Of a DNA stretch of 46,656 bases, positions 9,137-16,713 are shown one piece after another. The stretch covers positions 6,140 to 52,795 of the forward strand of contig JBHLRS010000021.1 of NCBI GenBank assembly GCA_048882325.1. The letters are read 5' to 3'. The DNA is from Candidatus Thorarchaeota archaeon (GTDB taxonomy: Archaea; Asgardarchaeota; Thorarchaeia; Thorarchaeales; Thorarchaeaceae). The notes beneath the pieces were generated by a model. That model was not told the origin of the DNA. It saw only the letters and a list, made by a program, of their open reading frames with translations, and ran no database searches. The translations under genes and the position numbers were made by a program. The stretch's first letter is position 1, and every line of letters begins with the position of its first letter.

Positions 9137-9955
9137 ATGAATAGAATCCAAGTTGTAGGGATAGCTATTACAGGCATTCTAGTTGTTAGCGTAATTTCAT
9201 ATGTTCTCTTCATAAGTAGTCCCTCTGATGAAACAGAAACACCATTGCAACCACCTGATGGTCTAAGCTACGGTAGCGTGGATATTTGGTTCCTAAAGAT
9301 CATGGGATTCAAAATGAAATATGATGATGTTGTGGTTTACATAGATCCTGCACAGTTCTATGTGGATGACAATGATACATTGATGGAAACAGCGGATTTT
9401 ATCGTGATTACACATGATCATCCGACGCACTGTTCATCATACCTTGTTAGAAAGTTATCTGACAATGATACCATTGTTATAGCCTCTCAGGAACCAGCTG
9501 CAATAGTTGATGCAAATTACACAGTCAGACCTGGAGATGTTCTAAACTTTGACAAGGTGAGTTTTGAGTTTGTACCGAGCTATTGTTTCAACGCCACATA
9601 TTATCTCACAGATACTCCCATGCATACAAGACCAGAAAACAACACTGGTGTCATAATCGATTTTCAAGGCACAAGGATCTATCATGCAGGTGACACTGAT
9701 CGTATCCCGGAGATGCAATCAATTGAGGCAGATATAGCCATTCTACCAGTCAGTGAGTCGCCCAACCATGCATGGACGAATGCAAGTGAAGCAGCGAAGG
9801 TGATTGATGACCTCAAAATCAACTCAGACCTCAAGTATGCAATACCAACGCACTGGGATGTTGGAGTCGGATTCGCGACTGAACGTAGATACTATGCCGA
9901 GGATTTCGCAGAAGTTGCAAACTGTACTGTAGTAATTTTGAATCCTCACTATTGA
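9137..9955 (+). CDS. MBL-fold metallo-hydrolase with N-terminal membrane anchor
   Basis: VYIDP, ITHDHPTHC (HxHxDH variant), IYHAGDTD, AIPTHW; hydrophobic residues ~6-26. Confidence 0.88.
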   Translation: MNRIQVVGIAITGILVVSVISYVLFISSPSDETETPLQPPDGLSYGSVDIWFLKIMGFKMKYDDVVVYIDPAQFYVDDNDTLMETADFIVITHDHPTHCSSYLVRKLSDNDTIVIASQEPAAIVDANYTVRPGDVLNFDKVSFEFVPSYCFNATYYLTDTPMHTRPENNTGVIIDFQGTRIYHAGDTDRIPEMQSIEADIAILPVSESPNHAWTNASEAAKVIDDLKINSDLKYAIPTHWDVGVGFATERRYYAEDFAEVANCTVVILNPHY

Positions 9956-10233
9956 CAGTGTGAGAGTAAATTAAGCAAGAGAGAGAAACAGATGTCATAT
10001 CAATTAGTCATCGAAAGCTAACTAGTCTCTCTCAACCCTTTTTTCAAATTGACCCCAAGTTTTATTAAAAAGATATTATAGGTTTATTGGGAATTTCGTA
10101 AAAATCATCGAGTTTCCAAGGACTGTTGCATAAGATATCTGATTTTGGTAAACTTTGGACTCGTTGAACCAGGACTTCACAACATTCCCATTAAGAATGA
10201 AGGAGGAGGAGAATTATTAAAAATAAACTAAAA

Positions 10234-12396
10234 ATGAGAGTAACAACTAGCATAGTAGTGGCCATTTTGTTGGTGGGAGTAGTGGGCATGGTAAGTCCGG
10301 TTGTCGCTTACGCTCCTGATACCACCTACACGTGGGATGTTTCAACTCCAAACTACAATGAGGAAGCAGTGATTCATCCGGAGACAATAGATACTGAGTG
10401 CCTCGTGATGGGGGACTTCTTGGGTATATCACCTACTCAACCGAATGCCCCAGGATATGGTGATAGCGGAGTAAGTGTCGGTTGGGATGACGCCTGGGTG
10501 GGTGGTGTTGGAGATCCAAACACCAATGGTGATGACTTGGACGGTCTGTGGGCACAAATCGTACTTCCCTCAGAGGGATGGTGGGACTTTGGTTTTGAAA
10601 CTGATCGAGTAGTGGTATTTCTCAGTCAGGACCATGGCCCCTATCTAGCGGAGGGACTTGAAACAAGGGTATATGGCTCAAATGACCTGTGGGGAGCTGT
10701 TGGTGCTTTAGCAGTTCTCACGGATGTCTATTTGGATGGATGGCGCACTCACAATCTACTCGAGGACAGTAACGGCAACGGTTGGTGTAGTGATGACATT
10801 GCTGGAGTATACGAACTGGATGGAATGTACCGATATGTGAAGATAGGTGCTTGGAGTCCATATAATGCTCTCAACGAGCCTGAAGTAGATGCAATAGGAG
10901 CAGTAAGAGTTTTGGAGAAGACACTGTCTGAAATGGAAGGCGATCTGGGAGATACTGTCCATGTCACAGTGACCGTATCAGTTGCTCCTGGTGAAACCGC
11001 AGAATTCGTGGACACACTACCTAGTGGGCTTACTTACATCGAGGGAACATTTACTCTGGATGATGCATGTGTAATGCCAACGGACACTAAAGGAGAAATT
11101 TCCTACACTGTCATAACTGCAGGGACCCATGAGATAGAGTTTGATGTCAAAGTGGATGAGGCCAAGAACTGGGAGCCCATGGAAGTATGCAATGTGGTCA
11201 CAGTCAGCTGGTTCGAAGGATGTGAGCTAATTTGCACGATGGATGCCGATGCGTGTTTCACCATACATCCCTTTGAAACACTGCGTAAGTATGTGGGCCT
11301 GCCTAAGGCTGATGTGGTGTTCTCTTTTGATCTCACAGGAAGTATGGGAGGAGCTATAGGTCAGGCGAAGTCCCAAGCGACACAAATTATAGCTGACCTC
11401 CAGACGCTCATTGCCGATGTGGCGTTCGGAGTCGTGACGCATGTGGACTATCCTCATTATTACTCCAATTACTATGGCTACTCAGCTACTTACGGTGATC
11501 CATACTGGGGAGACTATGCCTACAAAACCAACTTGGATATAACCGAGAGTGGTATAGCTGCCACGACCGCAATCAATGCTATGTCTATTCATTATGGTGG
11601 AGATGGACCGCAAAACTATGCGAGAGTTCTCTATGAAACCCAATTCCTAAGCTGGAGACCTGATGCCACGAAGATCGTTGTAATGTTTGGAGACAATATA
11701 CCACACGATGATGACTTCTGGTCATCTTCAACAGGGGGAGATCCCGGACAAGATGAGATTGCATATACACCCGACGACCTTGATTTCCAGACAGTGATCG
11801 CAAGTCTGGCAAGTCAAGATATAGTGATTCTGTCAATAAATTGCGCATACGAGTGGTCTGCTCCCTTTGTTCAACCATTTTACCAGTACTTGGCGGATGA
11901 AACTGGAGGTCAATCGTTCATCTTAGGAACAACAGGTGTGTCAGATGCGATTTACGAACTAGTCAAAGCTGAAGCTGAAGAGTCCCTAACAATCAAAGAG
12001 AAGACAGAAACACAATGGTCGTTAGTGATTGAAGTTACAAATCCATATGGATACACCATGAACGATGTGGTAATCAAGGACAGATTTGGCGGTGAGATTC
12101 AGATAGACGAAGAAGTGAGCATATCTCATGGAACTTGGTCCTTTGCAACCAAAGGTAAGTCTGAGAAAGTGTTCCTGACCTGGGATATAGGCGCTCTAGG
12201 CTCTGGAGAAACTGCTAGATTGATACTCCTTGTGTCAACTGACTTGAACCCAGCTGGAAAGCAGGAGTACACAAAACCTGGAGTATATGACCTGAACTCT
12301 GGGGCTACTTTGAAATTCATTGACAATTGTGGAATACAGCTCAGTGCATACACTAACAGTATCATCGTGACTGTGTTACCAGAAGATGATCCATAG
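10234..12396 (+). CDS. Secreted vWA-domain protein with DUF11-like Ig modules
   Basis: Signal peptide (…VVGMVSPVVA|YA); MIDAS DVVFSFDLTGSM, GGDGPQ, VVMFGDNIPH; DTLPSGLTYIEGT DUF11-like motif. Confidence 0.85.
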   Translation: MRVTTSIVVAILLVGVVGMVSPVVAYAPDTTYTWDVSTPNYNEEAVIHPETIDTECLVMGDFLGISPTQPNAPGYGDSGVSVGWDDAWVGGVGDPNTNGDDLDGLWAQIVLPSEGWWDFGFETDRVVVFLSQDHGPYLAEGLETRVYGSNDLWGAVGALAVLTDVYLDGWRTHNLLEDSNGNGWCSDDIAGVYELDGMYRYVKIGAWSPYNALNEPEVDAIGAVRVLEKTLSEMEGDLGDTVHVTVTVSVAPGETAEFVDTLPSGLTYIEGTFTLDDACVMPTDTKGEISYTVITAGTHEIEFDVKVDEAKNWEPMEVCNVVTVSWFEGCELICTMDADACFTIHPFETLRKYVGLPKADVVFSFDLTGSMGGAIGQAKSQATQIIADLQTLIADVAFGVVTHVDYPHYYSNYYGYSATYGDPYWGDYAYKTNLDITESGIAATTAINAMSIHYGGDGPQNYARVLYETQFLSWRPDATKIVVMFGDNIPHDDDFWSSSTGGDPGQDEIAYTPDDLDFQTVIASLASQDIVILSINCAYEWSAPFVQPFYQYLADETGGQSFILGTTGVSDAIYELVKAEAEESLTIKEKTETQWSLVIEVTNPYGYTMNDVVIKDRFGGEIQIDEEVSISHGTWSFATKGKSEKVFLTWDIGALGSGETARLILLVSTDLNPAGKQEYTKPGVYDLNSGATLKFIDNCGIQLSAYTNSIIVTVLPEDDP

Positions 12397-12399
12397 ATT

Positions 12400-12429
12400 G
12401 GTTGAGCGAAAGCTCAACCTCTTTTTTTT
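12400..12429 (+). terminator. Hairpin plus poly-T terminator
   Basis: GGTTGAGC-GAAA-GCTCAACC followed by TC and T8, right after the vWA stop codon. Confidence 0.85.
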
Positions 12430-12513
12430 CACAGGAGAGCTTACACTAGGGAAAATATCGGACTAGACACTTCCCAAATATAGAGATGATTCTGAGTCTA
12501 TCCTCTGGATTAA

Positions 12514-12795
12514 TATCCGAACAAATTCCTCATCGACTTGATTGCTAACTTCTTTAAGGAGCAGAAGAGCGAGCTTGTCCATGGCATAATTGACCTTGTG
12601 AACAGTTTCTTTTCTACAGAAGCGACTAGTCATGATATCGCCCCTATCAGTATGGAGGAGATTGAGGAATATTACAAGGATGATGCATCCACTTGGAAGC
12701 TCTATCTAAGAGTGCGTAGAGCTCATCGTTTCATAAAGACCAAGATCTTGAGGGGATACTATGCATACATCCTGCCGGATGAGATAGAGCGATAG
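12514..12795 (+). pseudogene. 5'-truncated remnant, resembling the C-terminus of DUF6206-type proteins
   Basis: DLIANFFKEQ...EIEEYYKDDASTWKLYLRVRRAHRFIKTKILRGYYAYILPDEIER; in-frame TAA at 12511-12513 just upstream, no credible start; family assignment from memory. Confidence 0.5.
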
Positions 12796-12829
12796 TAGGA
12801 CCAATGATCCCGACTATCAGAGGTGGATC

Positions 12830-13975
12830 TCACTTCAGAGACCGTACCTCTGTAAATGGATGAAACTGCTTCCAAGCAAACCAGTACTCTTCCGAAACTG
12901 GCCACCTGACAAGATCATGCTTGATCTCCCCTTGTACCCACTTACCATGGAGATTCCATATAGTATGACTGACTTCATCCTGAACCTCCTCTTGATCTGG
13001 CAAGTACTCGAGTCTAAGCTGAATTCCTTCAACCTCAGCGTAGTACCCTCGAACAATATTGGTCTTAGAAACCAGTATGAGTTTCAGCTCATCATCTCGC
13101 ACCCAAATCTGCTTGAGCACATCCTCTTTTAGGTACGCAACATCCCCTTGAGTTCGAGGGACACCGATCACCAATGCTTTCTGTGGTAGACGGTCGTCGC
13201 GCTCTTTCCCTGGAACACCGGGAATCACATTCGATCGCATATAGAAATCCCATATGAAGGGCATGTGGAATGGACGGAGGTCTTTCTCTGGGGTGTGTAC
13301 CAATTGGATGTCCGGATAGGTCGCTTTTGCCATCGACCAAGTGAGAAGGTCCAGGTGAATCAATTCTAGCTGCCGAGGGTGAAGCTTGCCCACTAGACTC
13401 TCCCCAGTGGCTTGCTGCCAGAAGGTCTTGGTTCGCTTGTCAGCCATAACCATGTTGCCTTTGTAGAACCCACCAACGATGAAAGGTCCGTATCCTGTTA
13501 CGTCATAACCAATCCCTGTGTTGCATATGGGACAGAAGGTCACAAGGACACTTTTACTTCCAACGATATCATTGATGATATGATGCCATGACACAAAGCT
13601 GACAGGGTAGGCTCGTTGTACTTGGTCAACCTCAATCACGAGGACCGGTACATCTGGGGGTAGGAGGTCTTGCCTATCTGCTGGTTCGTATTCTGGTTGC
13701 AAAACAGCTCGAAATATCCGATGTGGGTGCAAAACCAAATTGATCGGGATTAGCACGATCTGAATCGCGGCTAGTGTTATCGGGATTGGTCTAAAATCTT
13801 GGATGACTATAACCAAGGTTAGGTAGAACAGCGCTAAGAGCCCGACAACATACACCCGGTATCGAAAGTGTAGATTCACCAGAGAAAGGGGAACTCTAGG
13901 ATTGAATGCGGAAATCATGTGGATGAACGTGATAAGAAGTATGGCAATCGTGAGAAACACGCCAATTAAGATCAT
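12830..13975 (-). CDS. DUF3179 domain membrane protein
   Basis: 3 N-terminal TMs; RAYPVSFVSWHHIINDIVG..VLVTFCPICNTG, MADKRTKTFWQQATGE, YWFAWKQFHP; AGGAG upstream of ATG 13975. Confidence 0.88.
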   Translation of the reverse strand: MILIGVFLTIAILLITFIHMISAFNPRVPLSLVNLHFRYRVYVVGLLALFYLTLVIVIQDFRPIPITLAAIQIVLIPINLVLHPHRIFRAVLQPEYEPADRQDLLPPDVPVLVIEVDQVQRAYPVSFVSWHHIINDIVGSKSVLVTFCPICNTGIGYDVTGYGPFIVGGFYKGNMVMADKRTKTFWQQATGESLVGKLHPRQLELIHLDLLTWSMAKATYPDIQLVHTPEKDLRPFHMPFIWDFYMRSNVIPGVPGKERDDRLPQKALVIGVPRTQGDVAYLKEDVLKQIWVRDDELKLILVSKTNIVRGYYAEVEGIQLRLEYLPDQEEVQDEVSHTIWNLHGKWVQGEIKHDLVRWPVSEEYWFAWKQFHPFTEVRSLK

Positions 13976-14125
13976 CGCAGAATCTCCTAATATAGTGCAG
14001 TTAGTTCTTTTCAAGATACACATAGTGGACATAATTTCTAGTTAGTCGAATATCTCGCCTTCTTGGAGAACTCATTTGTCTCGTTTATTCCGATTTATCA
14101 CCTTGACATATCATCAAAATGAGAA

Positions 14126-14347
14126 AGCCGCCTGAGTTTAAGCCTCGATAGAGGTTCAATTCTCTCGTCCGGGAACACTCTCTTTTTCGCAATTAATACC
14201 ATTGAACAGGCAGATAATCACTAAATGTTACCGTTCGTCATTCTGCCTGATGTGTCGTCTTAATCGGTCAGCCAACCTTGGAATGTGTACGGGGCTGATC
14301 TCGACACACTAAGCCCAGACGCTACCGAGCTTGCTCCTCAGACGGCC
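14126..14347 (-). ncRNA. Candidate ~222-nt structured non-coding RNA of unknown family
   Basis: Ends pair (GGCCGUCUGAG/CUCAGGCGGCU); further helices of 11, 8, 7+8 and 7-8 bp plus a 7-bp pseudoknot; G.U pairs favour the minus strand; TATA box 23 nt upstream; U-rich tail; no ORF. Confidence 0.7.
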
Positions 14348-14369
14348 TTAAACTATTCCACTAATTTCG

Positions 14370-14383
14370 TATTAAGCATTTCT
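14370..14383 (-). promoter_or_regulatory. BRE/TATA promoter for the candidate ncRNA
   Basis: Minus strand AGAAATGC-TTAATA ending 23 nt before the first paired G at 14347. Confidence 0.6.
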
Positions 14384-14519
14384 TCACGAGGGTTTAGCTC
14401 CTGAGGTTTTTGGTTCTAATTATTTGCACTATGGGTAAGAGAAAAAGATGCAGAATCAAGTTTAGAATGGAGAGTAATTTTGTCCTTCGCATCCAATTAT
14501 CCTTTGAACGAAGTTGAAC

Positions 14520-15170
14520 TCAGTATCCTGCTAAGATTTGAGCCATAATTCGGTTCTCTGCTTTCCGAAGGTGTTCTATCGTTGTTGCTCTGCTGATTCC
14601 AAGTATCTGTGACAGGTTTTCACTGCCTATTTTTCGAGGGTATTCATAGTATCCCATCTTCTTGGCTAGAATGAGTATCTCTTTCTGTCTCGCAGTAAGA
14701 CAGGACAGGACACCATGCGCACCATAGGTCGCTTTGTGAAAGCTTGTGCTTTCGATGGTCCCAATCAGCTTAATCACTGAGAGTAGTTTTTTCATGTTCT
14801 CCTGATCCGCGATGGCACTATAGACCCGCCTCTCTTCTGTGGCTCTTAAAGGGGTGTCCCAGACCACATCGATATCGAACTTCTTGACTATGGTTTCAAG
14901 CTCACGATATGGCTGTAGCCTCATTAGGCATGTATAGATATCATTCGTGGTCTCCAGAACAGTCAGAATCTCAGCTTCACGAGGAATCTCAGCGTCTTCT
15001 AAGGAGTACCCCTTCTTCATTTTGAATTCCGTGAGCATCAGGGCATCACCCCTCTTGAAATCGAATCTGAATAGTTCCAATCCTTCGATTGATTCAATCT
15101 TATCGAATATACCTCTCTGAGCCTTTCGGAACTGAGGGTTTGTGCTCAGCTCAATAGTGACTTTTCGCAT
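14520..15170 (-). CDS. HTH-10 (bacterio-opsin activator type) transcriptional regulator
   Basis: C-terminal LTARQKEILILAKKMGYYEYPRKIGSENLSQILGISRATTIEHLRKAENRI signature; start ATG 15170. Confidence 0.92.
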   Translation of the reverse strand: MRKVTIELSTNPQFRKAQRGIFDKIESIEGLELFRFDFKRGDALMLTEFKMKKGYSLEDAEIPREAEILTVLETTNDIYTCLMRLQPYRELETIVKKFDIDVVWDTPLRATEERRVYSAIADQENMKKLLSVIKLIGTIESTSFHKATYGAHGVLSCLTARQKEILILAKKMGYYEYPRKIGSENLSQILGISRATTIEHLRKAENRIMAQILAGY

Positions 15171-15269
15171 GTCCAGTAAACTGATTATAGCCTTATAATT
15201 AAACCCTAAATGCAAGGCAGCAGCTCTAGATGTTTATCTGCCCAATATTGACTCGTCCAAGAACCTGAA

Positions 15270-16550
15270 TTGGTGATAAAGACGAAAGGAAATGATGACA
15301 GAGATAGAATTGCGAAGAGAGCGGCATACCGATTTCATTTCAAGAATAAGGATATGGACTTCTATTTGATGGCTGCCACAGTGAACATATCACATGGAGG
15401 TGCATCTATAGGTGAAATCATGTACGCAGCTAATAGGATTAAGGAAAGTGATCCTGAGAGTTGGGCAAACGAGTGGTTATCTCTGGCGAAACGATGTGAA
15501 AAACGAGCGGACAAAGCAATAAAGAAAGGTTTTGTCGAAACTGCAAGCACGCAGTATCTTCATGCATTTACATACTATAGAATCGGGATAATTGGAATCT
15601 CCACATCTAATGAAATGAGAGATGAAATCTATCATAAGTTCGTGTCATGTTTCCAGAAGGGGATTGCTCACCTTGATACTCACATTGAGCCAATCCATGT
15701 TCCATGGACTCGAGGTGATGATGAACTTATCATGCCAGGATATTTCATGTCACCCGATAACAGCGGAAGAAAACGCCCAACGGTCATTATACTCAACGGT
15801 GGAGAGATGTATCCTGAAGACCAGTACTTTTGGGGGGGTTCCGCAGCATTACAGAGAGGGTTCAATGTCTTGACCATCGCTTATGAAGGATCAAGAGCTC
15901 CTCCTGTGCTCTACCCAGACCTGCCAGCATTAGACCCAGCTGAAGTGATGGTCGAACCGGGTTTTCATAGATTCATAATAGATTATGCATTAAGCAGACC
16001 TGAAATTGACTCTGATTGGCTGGCCGCAATCGGGTTCAGCTCTGGTGCCTACCAAGTCATGCATCAGGCATCATTTGATGATCGGATAAAGGCACTTGTT
16101 TTAGCTGCACCTCTCTATGACCTCAATGCGTTACTCACTGAAGAGATTCCAAGCGCTTTACAGAGTGCACCTGAGTTCATCTTCAAGGCATTGACGAAGC
16201 TCGCAGCAAGAGCAAATCCATTCATGAGGGTATCTCTGGAGCATGTGATTGATGCATCACGTGTCACCTCGATGAAAGAACTAATGGATATGTCAAAGAG
16301 AATCCCACCAGTAGATCCCATGTCTATTTCATGTCCCGTCCTTTGCTTGGTAGGAGATGGAGACTCCGAAGAACAACTGCGACAGTGTTTTGATTTCTAT
16401 GAACGAGCCTCAAGTAAAATCAAAGAGCTGAGAATCTATACACAAAGCGATGGTGCAAGTATGCACTGTCAAATTGACAATCTTGGCCTACTGGAGCAAA
16501 ATGCCTTTGACTGGTTAGATAGTGTGTTCCAAAGGGAACATGTTTCATAG
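15270..16550 (+). CDS. Alpha/beta hydrolase (FrsA/DUF1100-like, S9-related)
   Basis: GFSSG nucleophile elbow, RPTVIILNGG, ALQRGFNVL, GASMHCQIDN catalytic His region; divergent from the HTH-10 regulator. Confidence 0.88.
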   Translation: MVIKTKGNDDRDRIAKRAAYRFHFKNKDMDFYLMAATVNISHGGASIGEIMYAANRIKESDPESWANEWLSLAKRCEKRADKAIKKGFVETASTQYLHAFTYYRIGIIGISTSNEMRDEIYHKFVSCFQKGIAHLDTHIEPIHVPWTRGDDELIMPGYFMSPDNSGRKRPTVIILNGGEMYPEDQYFWGGSAALQRGFNVLTIAYEGSRAPPVLYPDLPALDPAEVMVEPGFHRFIIDYALSRPEIDSDWLAAIGFSSGAYQVMHQASFDDRIKALVLAAPLYDLNALLTEEIPSALQSAPEFIFKALTKLAARANPFMRVSLEHVIDASRVTSMKELMDMSKRIPPVDPMSISCPVLCLVGDGDSEEQLRQCFDFYERASSKIKELRIYTQSDGASMHCQIDNLGLLEQNAFDWLDSVFQREHVS

Positions 16551-16630
16551 ATTATCATCGTACGAGAAACATGTATACCTGCAATCAAAATGACCCAACA
16601 TAACGAGAATGCATCTTCTTCTCGCTCCCA

Positions 16631-16673
16631 GAAAAAGATGTGGATGAGGAGGAGCCTAGGTGTCCTCTCATCC
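16631..16673 (-). terminator. Hairpin plus T-run downstream of the 1780-aa gene
   Basis: GGATGA-G-GAGGA...TCCTC-TCATCC inverted repeat (16642-16673); the minus strand continues ACATCTTTTTC. Confidence 0.55.
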
Positions 16674-16713
16674 TAATTCTCAGTGGTTATGATCTCTGTT
16701 TCTACTTCATATT

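Noticed and set aside
9979-10044. GAGAGAGA/TCTCTCTC inverted repeat followed by a T-run
   Set aside because: Low-complexity arms with a large loop; at most a weak terminator for the MBL gene
6275-13975. Selenoprotein recoding in the C-GCAxxG-C-C and DUF3179 genes
   Set aside because: Both encode Cys at the motif positions with no in-frame TGA, and their stops fall at normal C-termini
14126-14347. tRNA, SRP RNA or RNase P identity for the structured element (GGAGCAAGCTCGGTAGC resembles a D-arm; plus-strand GGTTCAATTC resembles a T-loop; GGCUUA precedes the closing helix)
   Set aside because: The D-arm-like and T-loop-like pieces are on opposite strands and no cloverleaf closes. There is no SRP helix-8 GNRA motif and no RNase P GAGGAAAGUCC/ACAGAA elements in the right order.
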